Positions 1 to 17,200 of a stretch of 64,000 bases of DNA are shown here, in pieces. The notes under the pieces are model-generated. The model worked only from the letters and a program-made list of their open reading frames with translations, was not told the origin of the DNA and did no database searches. The translations under genes were made by a program, and so were the position numbers. Location: the NCBI RefSeq assembly GCF_009914755.1, contig NC_060937.1; one strand, given 5' to 3'. The stretch comes from the human T2T-CHM13v2.0 reference genome, Homo sapiens. Position 1 is the first letter of the stretch; every line of letters starts with the position of its first letter.

Positions 1-649
1 AGCTCTCAAGATTCTGATTTTTTGTTTTGTCCTTTAGAATAGGGGAAAATATACACCATGCATTTCTTAGGTTTTTAAGAGGAGAAGCATATTGCATCCA
101 AGTATAATTTTTTAGTGATTGTATGGCACCAATTTGAATGTATTCTTTAATTTAACAAATGCTAGTTAATATTTTAACCAACAAGCATTGGTTTGCTTGA
201 GTTTATTTCTCTTATGTCTTTGATTTGGCAAAAACTGTATTTAAAAATAAAACAAACCAAAAAAAACTTCCAAATCTGTAAAATAAGAAACTATTTCCTA
301 AAGTAGATATTCTGGTTTAATTTGGAGCCAATAATCTCTGGAAGCTACTGGAAAACAGAAGTTTCTTTTCCATGTGTTTTCTTATAAAATCTGACCTATG
401 CCAGGTTTTCTTTAACATTCTTTTTTAATTATTATTATTTTCTAATATTATACTTTAAGTTCTAGATACATGGGCAGAACATGCAGGTTTGTTACATAGG
501 TATACACGTGTCATGGTGGTTTACTGCACCCATCTACCCGTCATCCACATTAGGTATTTCTCCTAATGCTATCCCTCCCCTAGTCCTCCACCCCCCAACA
601 GGCCCCAGTGTGTGATGTTCCCCTCCCTGAGTCCATGTGTTCTCATTGT

Positions 650-4459
<3,810 letters not shown>

Positions 4460-4522
4460 TATGACGCTAGCTGGTTAATTTGCCCATTAGTTGATGCTGT
4501 TTCTTCATAGTGTCGATGGACT

Positions 4523-5541
4523 TTACAATTTGGTATATTTTTTGCAGTGGCTGGTACCAGTTTTTCTTTTCCATATTTACTGTTTCCTTCGGGAGCTCTT
4601 GCAAGGCAGACCTGGTGGTGACAAAATCTCTCAGCATTTGCTTTTCTGTAAAGGATTTTATTTCTCCTTTGCTTATGAAGCTGAGTTCGACTGGATATGA
4701 AATTCTGAGTTGAAAATTCTTTACTTTAAGAATGTTGAATATTTGCCTCCACTCTCTTCTGGCTTGTAGGGTTTCTGCTGAGAGATCCGCTGTTAGTCTG
4801 ATGGGGTTCCCCTTGGGGTAACCTGACCTTTCTCCCTGGCTGCCCTTAACATTTTTTCCTTCATTTCAACCTTGGTGAATCTGAAGTTTATGTGTCTTGG
4901 GGTTGCTCTTCTCGAGGAGTATCTTTGTGATGTTCTCTGTATTTCCTGAATTTGAATATTGGCCTGTCTTGCTAGGTTGGGGAAGTTCTCCTGGATAATA
5001 TCCTGAAGAGTGTTTTCTAACTTGGTTCCGTTTTCCCCATCACTTTCAGGTACACCAGTCAAACGTAGGTTTGGTCTTTTCACATGGTCCCACATTTCTT
5101 GGAGGCTTTGTTCACTGCTTTTAATTCTTTTTCTCTAATCTTGTCTTCACACTTTATTTCATTAAGTTGATCTTCAATCTCTCATATCCTTCTGCTTGAT
5201 GTATTCGGCTATTGATACTTGTGTATGCTTCATGAAGTTCTCGTGTTGTGTTTTTCAGCTCTGTCAGGTCATTTGTGTTCTTCCCTAAACCGGTTATTCT
5301 AGTTAGCAATTCCTCCAACGTTTTTTTCGAGATTCTTAGCTTCCTTGCACTGGGTTAGAAAATGCTGCTTTAGCTTGGAGGAGTTTGTTATTGCCCACCT
5401 TCTGAAGCCTGCTTCTGTCAATTTGTCAAACTCATTCTCCATCCAGTTTCGTTCCCCTGCTGGCGAGGAGTTGTGATCCTTTGGAGAAGAGGCATTCTGG
5501 TTTTTGGAATTTTCAGCCTTTTTCAGCTGGTTTTTCCTCAT
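4523..5541 (-). pseudogene. Frameshifted L1 ORF1
   Basis: ORF pieces MRKNQLKKAENSKNQNAS and WDHVKRPNLRLTGVPESDGENGTKLENTLQDIIQENFPNLARQ. Stop TAA at 4525-4523. Confidence 0.88.
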
Positions 5542-7119
5542 CTTCGTGGATTTATCTACCTTTGGTCTTTAATGTTGTTGACCTTCAGTTGAGGTTTTTG
5601 AGTGGGCGTCCTTTTTGTTGATGTGGATGCTATTCCTTTCTGTTTGTTAGTTTTCCTTCTAAGAGTCAGACTTCTCTGCTGTGGGTCTGCTGGAGTTTGC
5701 TGGAGGTCCACTCCAGTCCCTGTTTGCCTGGGTATCACCAGCAGAGGCTGCAGAACAGCAAAGATTACTGCCTGTTCCTTCCTCTGGAAGCTTTTTCCCA
5801 GAGTGGCACCTGCCATATGCCAGCTGGAGCTCTCCTGTATGAGGTGTCTCTTGACCCCTGCTGGGAGGTGTTTCCTTCAGTCAGGAAGCACTGTGGTCAG
5901 GGACCCACATGAGGAGGCACTCTGTCCCTTAGCAGAGCTGGAGCACTGTGCTTGGAGATCTGCTGCTCTTTTCAGAGCCAGTGGGCAGGAACATTTAAGT
6001 CTGCTGAAGCTGCACCCACAGCCGCCCCTTCCCCCAGGTGCTCTGTCCCAGGAAGATGGGAGTTTTATCTATAAGCTCCTGACTGGGGCTGCTGCCTTTC
6101 TTTCAGAGATACTCTGCCCAGAGATGAAGAATCTAGAGAGGCAGTCTGGCTACAGTGGCTTTGCTGAGCTGCGGAGGGCTCCGCCCAGTTGAAACTTCCC
6201 GGTGGCTTTGTTTACACTATGCAGGGAAAACCACCTACTCAAGCCTCAGTAATGGTGGACACCCCTCCCTCCACCAAGCTAGAGGGTCCCAGGTTGACTT
6301 CAGACTGCTGTGCTGGCAGCGAGAATTTCAAGCCAGTGGATCTTAGCTTGCTGAGCTCTGTTGGGGTGGGATCTGATGAGCTAGACCACCTGGCTTCCTG
6401 GCTTCAGCCCCCTTTGCAGGGGAGTGAACGGTTCTGTCTCGCTGGCATTCCAGGCACCACTGGGATGTGAAAAAAAAACTCCTGCAGCTAGCTCAGTGTC
6501 TGCCCAAACGGCTGTCCAGTTTTGTGCTTGAAACCCAGGGCCCTGGTGATGTAGGCACCCAAGAAAATCTCCTGGTCTGTGGGTTGCAAACACTGTGGGA
6601 AAAGTGTAGTATCTGGGCCGGAGTCCACCGTTCCCCATGGCACAGTCCCTCACGGCTTCCCTTGGCTAGGGTAGGGAGTTCCCTGACCCCTTGTGCTTCC
6701 CAGGTGAGGCGATGCCCCACCCTGCTTCAGCTCACCCACCGTGGACTGCACCCACAGTCTAACCAGTCCAATCACCCACTGCCTAGTCATCCCAATGAGA
6801 TGAGCTGGGTACCTCAGTTGGAAATGCAGAAATCAACCGCCTTCTGGGTTTATCTCGCTAGGAGCTGCAGACTGGAGCTGTTCTTATTCGGCAAGATGGC
6901 CAGCCAACGCCCCATGCTCCTTTTTTGCCACTCTTTTATTCACTTTATACATCTAATTAGTTAATAAACATACTGAGTTTCATACGTGAAACATGACTTT
7001 TACAAAATTACCTGCATACATCTTAAATAGTATTTCTTATTTATACATATAACCTTAGACATTGATGATAAATAAAATGTTATTTATCTAAAACTAAAGT
7101 CCCATTTAATAATGGTTAG

Positions 7120-7486
<367 letters not shown>

Positions 7487-7510
7487 TAACCATGTTTAAA
7501 ATATATCTAC

Positions 7511-8062
7511 AATTTGACCCAGCCATCCCATTACTGGGTATATACCCAAAGGACTATAAATCATGCTGCTATAAAGACACATGCACACGTATGTTTACTG
7601 CGGCATTATTCACAATAGCAAAGACTTGGAACCAACCCAAATGTCCAACAATGATAGACTGGATTAAGAAAATGTGGCACTTATACACCATGGAATACTA
7701 TGCAGCCATAAAAAAATGATGAGTTCATGTCCTTTGTAGGGACATGGATGAAATTGGAAATCATCATTCTTAGTAAACTATCGCAAGAACAAAAAACCAA
7801 ACACCACATATTCTCACTCATAGGTAGGAATTGAACAATGAGAACACATGGACACAGGAAGGGGAACATCACACTCTGGGGCCTGTTGTGGGGTGGGGGG
7901 AGGGGGAGGGATAGCATTGGGAGATATACCTAATGCTAGATGACGAGTTAGTGGGTGCAGCACACCAACATGGCACATGTATACATATGTAACTAACCTG
8001 CACATTGTGCACATGTACCCTAAAACTTAAAGTATAATAATAAATAAATAAATAAATAAAAT
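7511..8062 (+). mobile_element. 5'-truncated young L1, L1PA2-like
   Basis: ORF2 C-terminus plus 3'UTR with GATGACGAGTTAGTGGG (GAG, not the Ta ACA or pre-Ta ACG). (AAAT)n tail. Perfect 13-bp TSD AAAATATATCTAC at 7498-7510 and 8063-8075 at a TTT/AAAA endonuclease site. Confidence 0.95.
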
Positions 8063-9624
8063 AAAATATATCTACTTATGTACACATATTATTTTTTCTC
8101 TTCTGAGCACAAGTTTAAATATACTTTTCTCCTTATTACATTAAGAAACATAACAATTTAAAAGTGAATCAATGAGAAAGTTACCTATTTTGGTGTATTC
8201 ATTTCTATGCCATATTTTTCCATTTCTTATTTCTTAGAGACACGTATCATATTTTTTTTGTTCTTGGTTTACTCATTGCATACAAAAGCCAGTCAAGATG
8301 TACATAATCTGTGCCTTTATTAGAAAACTTTTATTTAATTTCCATACCATTCTGATAGGTAAGATCAACTTGGCAATAGAGGAGCCTAGAGTTGGCCTTT
8401 GCATTTGTGGCTGGTGTATTGTGACATAATGGATGCAGGTAGAAGTGAATTAACAGGGGCTACACTAACAGGAAGGTATAGATGTTGTGCACGTAGCCAA
8501 AGGATACACCAAAGGTGAGAAGTGAGGAGATAAGATGAGCAGGACAGATAGGACAAGAATACAGGCATGACCTGTGTCATAGATTTTAGCCTATGCAAGA
8601 GTCCCAAAATGCCAGGAGAATTAGAATATTGAGTTACATGGACTGATTAGTTCATATGTTGGTAAAATAAGAACACGTAACTGATTTATATTCCTCATGT
8701 CCTGTTGTACAGATCAATATTTGAAAAACCAGAATATTTCTTCTATAACATGTCTCTTATAAAGATCCAGTCCCAGCCAAACAAGGATTAAGAAAAACTT
8801 ATTGTTACTGTTTTTTAATTACAAAGGTAATATAATACATGGACATGTATTCCTGAAGTTCTTAGCACTTATTAATTACAATGTATCTTAAAAAACAAAA
8901 CCTGAATAAATACTTAGAAAACACTCATTATGTAGTTAGTTTTAGCAGGGACATAAATACATTTTGCACATATTCCTCATCTACGAGTAACTCATAATTG
9001 AGAGGTTAGGATTTATGTGCAGAAAAAAATTAAACAGTTCCAAAATATTATAGTCAATATATGACTGTTTTCAAGCTAAATGATATAAAAATGTCAGGGA
9101 CTTTAGAAGGAGCTATTTCATTGGGCAATAATGATTGCAGAAGGTTTCTTTTGAGAGAGAGGACCTAAGCAATATAAGCACAATGTGTGGAATCCAAACA
9201 AACAAACAAAAAATCATCCCTGGCTTTTTTGGTGAAAATTAAAATTTAGAACAACAGAAAATACCTTATGAGTTTCATTATCTAATGAAGCAAATGTGGT
9301 CCTAATTTTAGTTGGAAAAGATAAAATCTGTCTTTGAAGTTTATATTATTTAAATAGTCAAAGTTTTCCTGATTTTTTAGTGCTAACCAGTAATTTGCTT
9401 AATTCTTAATGCTGATCGGGTTTTATAACATTAATCTCTATATCAGAAAGAGTATGAAAATTTTACATATTTTTCTTTTTTAAAAGAATTACTCATAAAG
9501 CAGACTTCAAAACAATCGATTATACCAAAGTCTAGATTTCCGTATTCATAGACCAGTATAAGAAAAACAATGGACTTAACTTACTAAAGAACTGGGTTGA
9601 TGTTAAACAATAAATATTTCTTTT

Positions 9625-9738
9625 TAGTTTTTTAAAATTTTTAATTTTTGTGGGTACATAATTGTATGTATACAAGATATATAAGATGTTTTGATACAGG
9701 GATACAATGCATAATAATCACATCAGGGTAAATGGGGA
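9625..9738 (-). mobile_element. Short L1MA 3' end
   Basis: TTTTAATTTTTGTGGGTACATA...CACATCAGGGTAAATGGGG is the antisense L1MA terminus. Confidence 0.75.
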
Positions 9739-10034
9739 TGAAACATTATTATTTAAAGAATAAATAATACCAATATACTGAAAGTCTTCCAGAAATAGAA
9801 GAGGAGGTAATGCTTTATAGTTCCTTTTATGAGATATCGTAATACTGATACCAACGCCAGAAAAAGACATAACAAGAAATGAAATTACAGACTCATATCC
9901 ATCATAAGCATAGGTGCAATAATTTTTAACAAGGTTTGGCAAATCAAATCTAGCAATATATGAAAAGGATTATATCATGAAAAAGGTAATGATTCTCCAA
10001 AATGCAAAGTGTATATAACATTCAAGACGATTTA

Positions 10035-12115
10035 TCATAAATTTTTTCCCAAAGCTAATGTCTAGAAAGGTATTTCCTGTGTTTTCTCCTAGGATTCTTA
10101 CATTTTGAGATTAGATATAATTTAAATTTTTAATCTTTCTTTAGTTAATTTTTATATATGGTGAAAGGTAGGGGTTCAGTTTCAACTTTCTCTATTTGGC
10201 TAGGTAGCTATCCTAGCACCATTTATTGAATAAGGAGTCCTTTCTCCATTGCTTATTGTTGTCAACTTTGTTGACAGTCAGATGCCTGTAGGTGTACAGC
10301 TTTATCTCTGGGTTTTTTATCCCCTTCCATTGGTTTGTATGTGTGTTGTACCAACAACACCATGCTGTTTTGGTTACTGTTGACTTATAGTTTGAAGTTG
10401 TGTAATGATGCCTTTGGCTTTGTTCTTCTTGCTTAGGGTTGCTTTGGCTGTTCAGGCTCTCTTTTAGTTCCATATGAATTTCAGAATAAGTTTTTCTAAA
10501 TCTGTGAAAAAATGACATTGGTAGTTTGATAGGAATAGTGTTGAATCTGTAGTATGGCTATTTTAATGATATTCATTCTCCCAATCCATGAACATTGGAT
10601 GTGTTTCCATTTGTTTGTGTCATCTATGATTTCTTTCAGCAGTGGTTTATTGTTATCCTTGTAGAGATTTTTCACCAAATTAGATGTATTCCTAGATATT
10701 TTTGGGAGGGAAAGGGGAACTATTATAAATGGGATTGCATTTTTTATTTGGCTCAAAACTTGAATGTTATTGGTGTGTAGAAATGCTACTGATTTTTATA
10801 TATTGATTTGGTATCCTGAAACTTTACTGACATTGTTTATTAGTTCCAGGAGCCTTTTGGCAGAGTCTTTAGGGTTTTCTAGTATAGATTCATATTGTCA
10901 GTAATGGTATGATAGTTAGGCTTCTTCTTTTTCTATTTTGGTGCCTTTTATTTCATTATCTTGCCTGATTGCTCTGGCTACAACTTCCAGTACTATGTGG
11001 GATGGGAATGTTAAGAGTGAGCATTCATGTCCCGTTCCAGTTCTCAAGTGGAATTATTCCCATTCAGTAAGTCCTCAAAAGCAATTACAACAAAAACAAA
11101 AATTGACAAGTGGGACAAGGTTAAACTAAGAGCTCCAGCACAGTGAAAGTAACTGTCAACAAAGTAAACAGAAAACCTACAGAATGGGAGAAAATATTCA
11201 CAAACCATGCATCCAAGGACTAATATCCGGAATCTATAAAGAACTTAAACAAATCAACAATAAAAAACAAATAGCCCAATTTAAAAATGGGCAAGATACA
11301 TGAACAAACATACAAAAAGAAGACATACAAGCAGCAACAAACATGAAAAAATGTTCAACATCACTAATCATCAGAAAAATGCAAATCAAAACCACAATGA
11401 TATACCATTTCACACCCATGAGTAATGGATATTATAAAATAAAAAAGCAGCAGGTGCTGGAGAGGCTGTGGAGAAAAGGGAATGCTTATACACTGTTGAT
11501 GGAAATGTAAAGTAGTTCAGCCACTGTGGAAAGCAGTTTGGAGATTTCTTAAAAAGCTTAAAACAGAGCTACCATTTGACCCAGCAATCCCATTACTGGG
11601 TATATATCCAAAAGAAAATAAATTGTTCTACCAAGAAAACACATGTACACGTATGTTCATCGCAGCACTATTCACAATGGCAAAGACATAGAATCAACCT
11701 AGGTGCCCATCAGTGGTGGATTGGATAAAGAAAATGTGGTATGTACACACCATGGAATACTATGCAGCCATAAAGAGGAATTAAATCACGTTCTTTGCAG
11801 CAATATCGATGTAGCTAGATGCCATTATCCTATGCAAATTAAAGTTGGAACAGAAAACAAAGTACCACATGTTCTTACTTATAAGTGTGAGCTAAACGTT
11901 GGATAAATGTGGACATAAAGATGGCAACAATAGACACTAGGTACTACTTGAGGAGGGAGAGAGAGCAGGAGACAAGGGCTTAAAGACTATCTGTTGGGCA
12001 TTCTCACTACCAGGGTGATGGGATCTATTGTACCCCAAACCTCAACATCATGCAATATACCCAGGTAACGATCCTGCATCCCCTGAATCTAAAATAAAAA
12101 TTGAAATTATTTGTT
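10035..12115 (+). mobile_element. 5'-inverted (twin-primed) L1, L1PA16-like: 10035-11068 minus, 11069-12115 plus
   Basis: The reverse complement of the left end (GCTTTGGGAAAAAATTTATGA) continues in L1 ORF2 directly into the start of the plus segment (TAAGTCCTCAAAAGCAATT). 3'UTR ends CTGAATCTAAAATAAAAATTGAAA. Confidence 0.85.
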
Positions 12116-12697
12116 AAAAGGAATATATATCAATGAATATTCCACATCAACAGACTGCAAAAGAGAAAAATATACGATCATTGTCATAGATGTAGGAAAA
12201 GCATTTGAAAAAGTCAGCATCTATTCCTGATATATAAAAAAAAAACTCTCAGCAAACTACAAATTAAGTTGAACTCCCTCAATATGAGTGGCATCTGCAA
12301 AAAACATATAGCTAACATTTTAATGCATGGTGACAGACAAAATGCTTTCCTTGTGGATCTAAAACAAGGCAAGGATGTTCTCACCACTTATATCAAACCT
12401 TTGACTGGAGTTCTTGGCCAGTTCATTTTGGCAAATAGAAGATCTTAAGATGTATGACAGAAGGTATTAGAACTAATAAGTAAATTTAGCAAAGTCACAG
12501 GATACAGGACCAATATTCAAAATCAGTTATAATAACAAACATGTTAACATATATAAAACATTGGAAACTGAAATAAAATAAACCATTATAATAGTATCAA
12601 AAATAGGAAGCACTTAGGGGTATACTTTAAAAATATACAAAAGACTCATACAATAAAACCTACAACATATTTCTGCCAAAAAAATAAAAATAAATAC

Positions 12698-12985
12698 AGG
12701 GGGAATGGGGATGGTTAACAGGTATAAAAAAATAGAAAGAAGGAATAATGCCTAGTATTCAATGGCACAACAGGGTGACTATGGCCAAAGTAATTGTACA
12801 TTTTGAAATAACTAAAGGAGTATAATTGGATTGTTCGTAACATAAAGGATAAATGCTGGAGGGGATGGATACCCCATTTTGCATGATGTGATTATCATGC
12901 ATTGCATGCCTGGATCAAAATGTCTCATGCACCCCCTAAATATATATACCAACTATATACCCACAAAAATTAACATATAAATATA
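12698..12985 (+). mobile_element. L1MA 3' end fragment
   Basis: GGGGATGGTTAAC...GGATGGATACCCCATT...CCCACAAAAATTAA. Confidence 0.8.
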
Positions 12986-14469
12986 TTTAAAAATGTGGAG
13001 ACACGGTGTTCATGGATCTGAAGACCCAGCATTATTAAGGTGTTAGTTCTTTCTAAAGTGAGAGACACAACACAAACCTAATTAAAATTCCAGCAGGGTT
13101 TTTTTTTTTTTGGTAGAAATTTAGCCAGCTGATTTAAAATTTTCTGTGAAAATACGCAGGGCCTAAGATAGCCAAAACAAATTGAAAAGGAACAAAGCTG
13201 GAAGATTTATACCATTTGACTTTGAGACTTATTCTAAAACTACAATAATCAAGACAGGATAGCACTGATATAAAGATAGACAGATCAACGGAAGGAAATA
13301 GAGAATCCAGACCTTACAACTCAATGATAAAAAGATGAACTACACAAGTAGGCAAGAAATCTGAACAGACACTACACCAAAGAAGATATACAAATGGCCA
13401 ATCACTGTATGAAAAAATGTTCCACCTTATTAGTCGTTTGGCAAATTCAGTTTCAAACCACAATTAGATAACATTACACACTTGCTGTAATGGGAATAAA
13501 TAGATTGTCAACACCAAGCATTGGTGAGGATGTGGAGCCACGGGAACACTTATACCATGGTGGTGGAAGTGCAAAATAGTATACCCACTTGGAAAACAGT
13601 TCTGTCAGTATTTTACAAGGTTAAACATATTTTTACCATATGTCCTAATAATTCCAAGCCTAGGTATTTGCCCAAGAGAAATGAAAAATAAGTCCACATT
13701 AAGACCTGTATGTGAATATTCGTAGCAGTTTTATTCGTAATAGCCAAGGACTGAAAGTACCCCAAATGTACATCAACAGGTAAATGGTTACTCATTATCA
13801 TCCATCATTATAAGGAAATTCAACTCCACAATTTAAAAAATATGAGCTACTGATACACACAATAACATGTATGGAACTTAAAAATGCTTATGTGAAGTGA
13901 AAGAAGCCAAACAGCAAAGACATACCACATGATTCCATTTATGTGACATTCTATAAAAGACAAAATTATAGGGACAGAAAACAGTTCAAGTTCACTTGCT
14001 ACAGATGGCAGGAAAAGGTAACAAAAGAACATTTTGGGGTGAGGGAAGTGTTCTTGATAGTGGTCTTGATTAGATGAAATATGCATTTGTCAAAATTAAA
14101 CTGCATTTTAAAGGGTTAATTATATTATATGTAAATTGTGTCTCAATAAACCAGACTTTAAAAAAACTACAGTAGCATTTCATTACTTATAAAGTTCAGG
14201 CTCTGTAACACTACCCAGAAGGCCTTCGCTTATCTGGCCTTCTTTACTTCTCACACTGAATTAGGAATCTACTTCAGGTTCCATGAAGTGCTCCTATACC
14301 ATGCTTATATTTTACTGTCATTTACTACCACAAAGAAGGTTCTCAGTAAATTATTGTTCAGTAGATGAATGCCTAACTCTGTACCCCTTGTCTTTACTTA
14401 CTCTCTGGAAACTATTAGCAGCCACACCAAACTGATAGCTTTTCCCGAACAACATAGTCACCTGTTTCT

Positions 14470-14660
14470 GTGCCTTTGAGCAAGTTACTTAATCTGTTTC
14501 AGTTTTTTTTCTTTGTGTATAGTGGGGCTAATTGTGCTTAACTAATAAGATATGAAGTGAAGTAAGAATCAAATGAGATGATAACTGTAAAGCACTTAGC
14601 CTATTAAGTAATCAGTTCTCAATGTTTCTGGAACATAATAAAGACTCAAGAAATGTCATT
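14470..14660 (+). mobile_element. MIR
   Basis: CTTTGAGCAAGTTACTTAATCT...AAATGAGATGATAACTGTAAAGCACTTAGC MIR core. Confidence 0.7.
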
Positions 14661-16394
14661 TGTTTTTATCAGGATTTAGTTATTTAAGTGGCACTTTAGC
14701 TGGATTTTGAAGGCTCTGGACAATCGTGAGGAAAATTGAGGACCTTTCACATCCCACGCAGGAGCACAGATGGGTTTCCTATCTAGGGGCTTTCCCTTAA
14801 CACTTAATTCCACAGGGAAGGGATGGGTTTCATCCAGTGTTAATTCACTCTCATCACCCTGCCTTCTCTTTTCAATGATTCTCTCCTTTCCATATCAAGC
14901 CCTTATGTTTCATTGTCAAGCTCCAGAATTATTATTTTGGTTTCTCTTTATTCTCCCTACTTCTCACCCAATCAAAATGATAGTTCCCATAGTGAATTAA
15001 TACGTAGTTAGGTCTGATTGTATTTTTATATAATTGTTCATATAATCAACTGACGCAAAGGCATGAATAATTGATAGATTTTATCCGTGAGGAAAGATTT
15101 CTATTTTGAGAGAATAGCTTATCAATTTTTTTCTAATAGCTATATAGAGGGGAAAGTCTCTAGTGTCTTATTTTTCCATCTTGTTCTACACAAATAGAAA
15201 GTCTCAAAATAGCCTGCTACATATACCATCATTATGCCTCAGTGTTCAGATCTTTGTAATTTTACAGCCTATGAAAATGAGTAAATTGGTTCATCCTTCA
15301 AAAAAAAGTTTGATTAGTAGCATAATTCATAGCTAATATGGCAGACTACAAATCTAGATTATGAACATGAAGAATTGATATGAATTCCCACCACAGTCTG
15401 ATATGGAGCTTCATAACTAAATAGCAAGATCTGCCATCTCTTTTTCTCTCTTCTAAGGAGCATAAAGATGACCAATCTATCAATGTGTATCTTTCAGAAA
15501 AAGGAACTACCATTTTCAGGTACTTTTTAGTGACACCAGAAACTTCGTGACTTACTTTTGAGATTTTGGAGCCAGAGGAAATTACACTGAGGTATTAAAT
15601 CCCCAATCAAAGTCTGTCTTCTTCACTAAGTAAATCAGGATCTTAAAATCTAATCTTACAGTTTGGGCATGCACTCTTTCCCCTAGTTTGTAGGAGATCT
15701 GAAATAGTATACTCCCATTCTCTGATGACAAAAACTGAAATTAAGACATAGGGAAAATTATTTGTCCAAAATTATAATGCTGCTGAACAACAGAATGTAG
15801 ATACAAACTAGTTCTCCCTTTTGTTCTGTAATCTATATATAATGAAAAATGAATTTGTCTGACCTATCCTATTGCCTTTTCTATTGATGTATTTTTCATC
15901 AAGTAATAGAAATTGTTTATATTTAAAATGCAAGATCTCACAGTCTGAGGTCAAAGACATGCATTTAAAAGATAACAAACTGCATAAAGTCAGTTACTTC
16001 CAAGAACATCAGAACTTGCTTGTTGACATCTATTCCATTTTGAATAGGATACTTTGTTCTGTTAACTGACTTCTTTTTTCTGGTATTCATGACAACTCTT
16101 ATCTGTTATTAAACAGAAAAGAATAGGACTGGATAAACTATTTTCTGTTTCTGTTTCCTATGGAAAATAACCTTGCATTAGAAAATGAACATCACTTCAT
16201 TCACTTTCTGTGTTGTATAGATACTCCAAGTAGGAAATGTTCTGTAATAGCTATTCTTAAATTATCTGATGTTTTATTTACCTTGTTTTTTCCATGTTAA
16301 ATGTACTGTACAGTTTTATAGCTTTAACAAAAATGACATGATCATTAAAATTCTATTTTTCTTAGTGTTCTTCTTCCCACATAACATACTCATG

Positions 16395-17200
16395 CATTCA
16401 TTCAGTCATTTATCCATTTAGCTGTATACTATTGGTGATTTCATACTTCATGACAGGTACCATGCAAATCATACTGGATACTGAGATAAATAGATTTTGT
16501 ACGTCATTTACTGAATTTTACAGTTTTAGAAAGTGAAAGACTTTTTAAAAGAAAATAAGAGGAAATAGCCAAGCTAGTGTGATAAATAAATATCCGGAAC
16601 ATCTGAGAGATTGGGAGAGGTCTCTTAGCTCTATAGGGATGAGGGCGTGGCAGGGGTTATAAGAAGAAGAAATGGCATATATAAAGGCCCTGAAATAGCA
16701 TGACTCATTAAAGGAAATACAAGGGTTGTTCAAGGATATAGAATAAATATGTTAAAGTGGCAGCAGAGAAGGTTAGAGAAGTAGACAGACATCTCTATAT
16801 CATAATAAATTTAACTGTTATCTTGTAAGTTGTGGGTAGCCACTGGAAAAATTTAACTTTGGATAACACCAATGGAAAAGTGAAAAATGTAGATGTAGAC
16901 AGACATTTCTATATCATAATAAGTTTAACTATTATCTTGTAAATTATGGGTAGCCATTGGAGAAATTTAACTTTGGATAACACCAATGGAAAAGTGAAAA
17001 ATGTATTAGAAGGATGGAAGATTTCAGGGAGGCAGAAAATTATATGGCTGTTGTAATCCAAGTGAGAAAAGATTAAGATTTAAACAAAAGCATTATTACT
17101 TGAAAGAATTAATAGATTAAAAGTATATTATGGAGGTAAAATTCACAAACCTTGGTGGTTCAGAATATTCACATTCTACATAGAGTACACTCATTGAGGC
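16395..17200 (-). mobile_element. L2 fragment
   Basis: CATTCATTCA tail followed by purine-rich degenerate L2 body. Confidence 0.6.
16777..17004. repeat. Tandem duplication, 2 x 114 bp
   Basis: 16777-16890 and 16891-17004 align without gaps, 8 mismatches by manual count. Confidence 0.95.

Larger units (their letters stand above)
9740..14167 (+). mobile_element. Old L1M (L1ME/L1MD-like) ORF2 and 3' end, interrupted by two younger L1s
   Basis: Degenerate ORF2 at 9760-10034 resumes collinearly at ~12120. Ends CTCAATAAACCAGACTTTAAAAAAA. Confidence 0.75.

Noticed and set aside
5602-6964. 196-aa and 165-aa plus-strand ORFs
   Set aside because: Antisense of the GC-rich L1 5'UTR, with GTG starts and no recognisable protein.
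7890-7921. G-quadruplex-like G tracts
   Set aside because: Standard feature of L1PA 3'UTRs.
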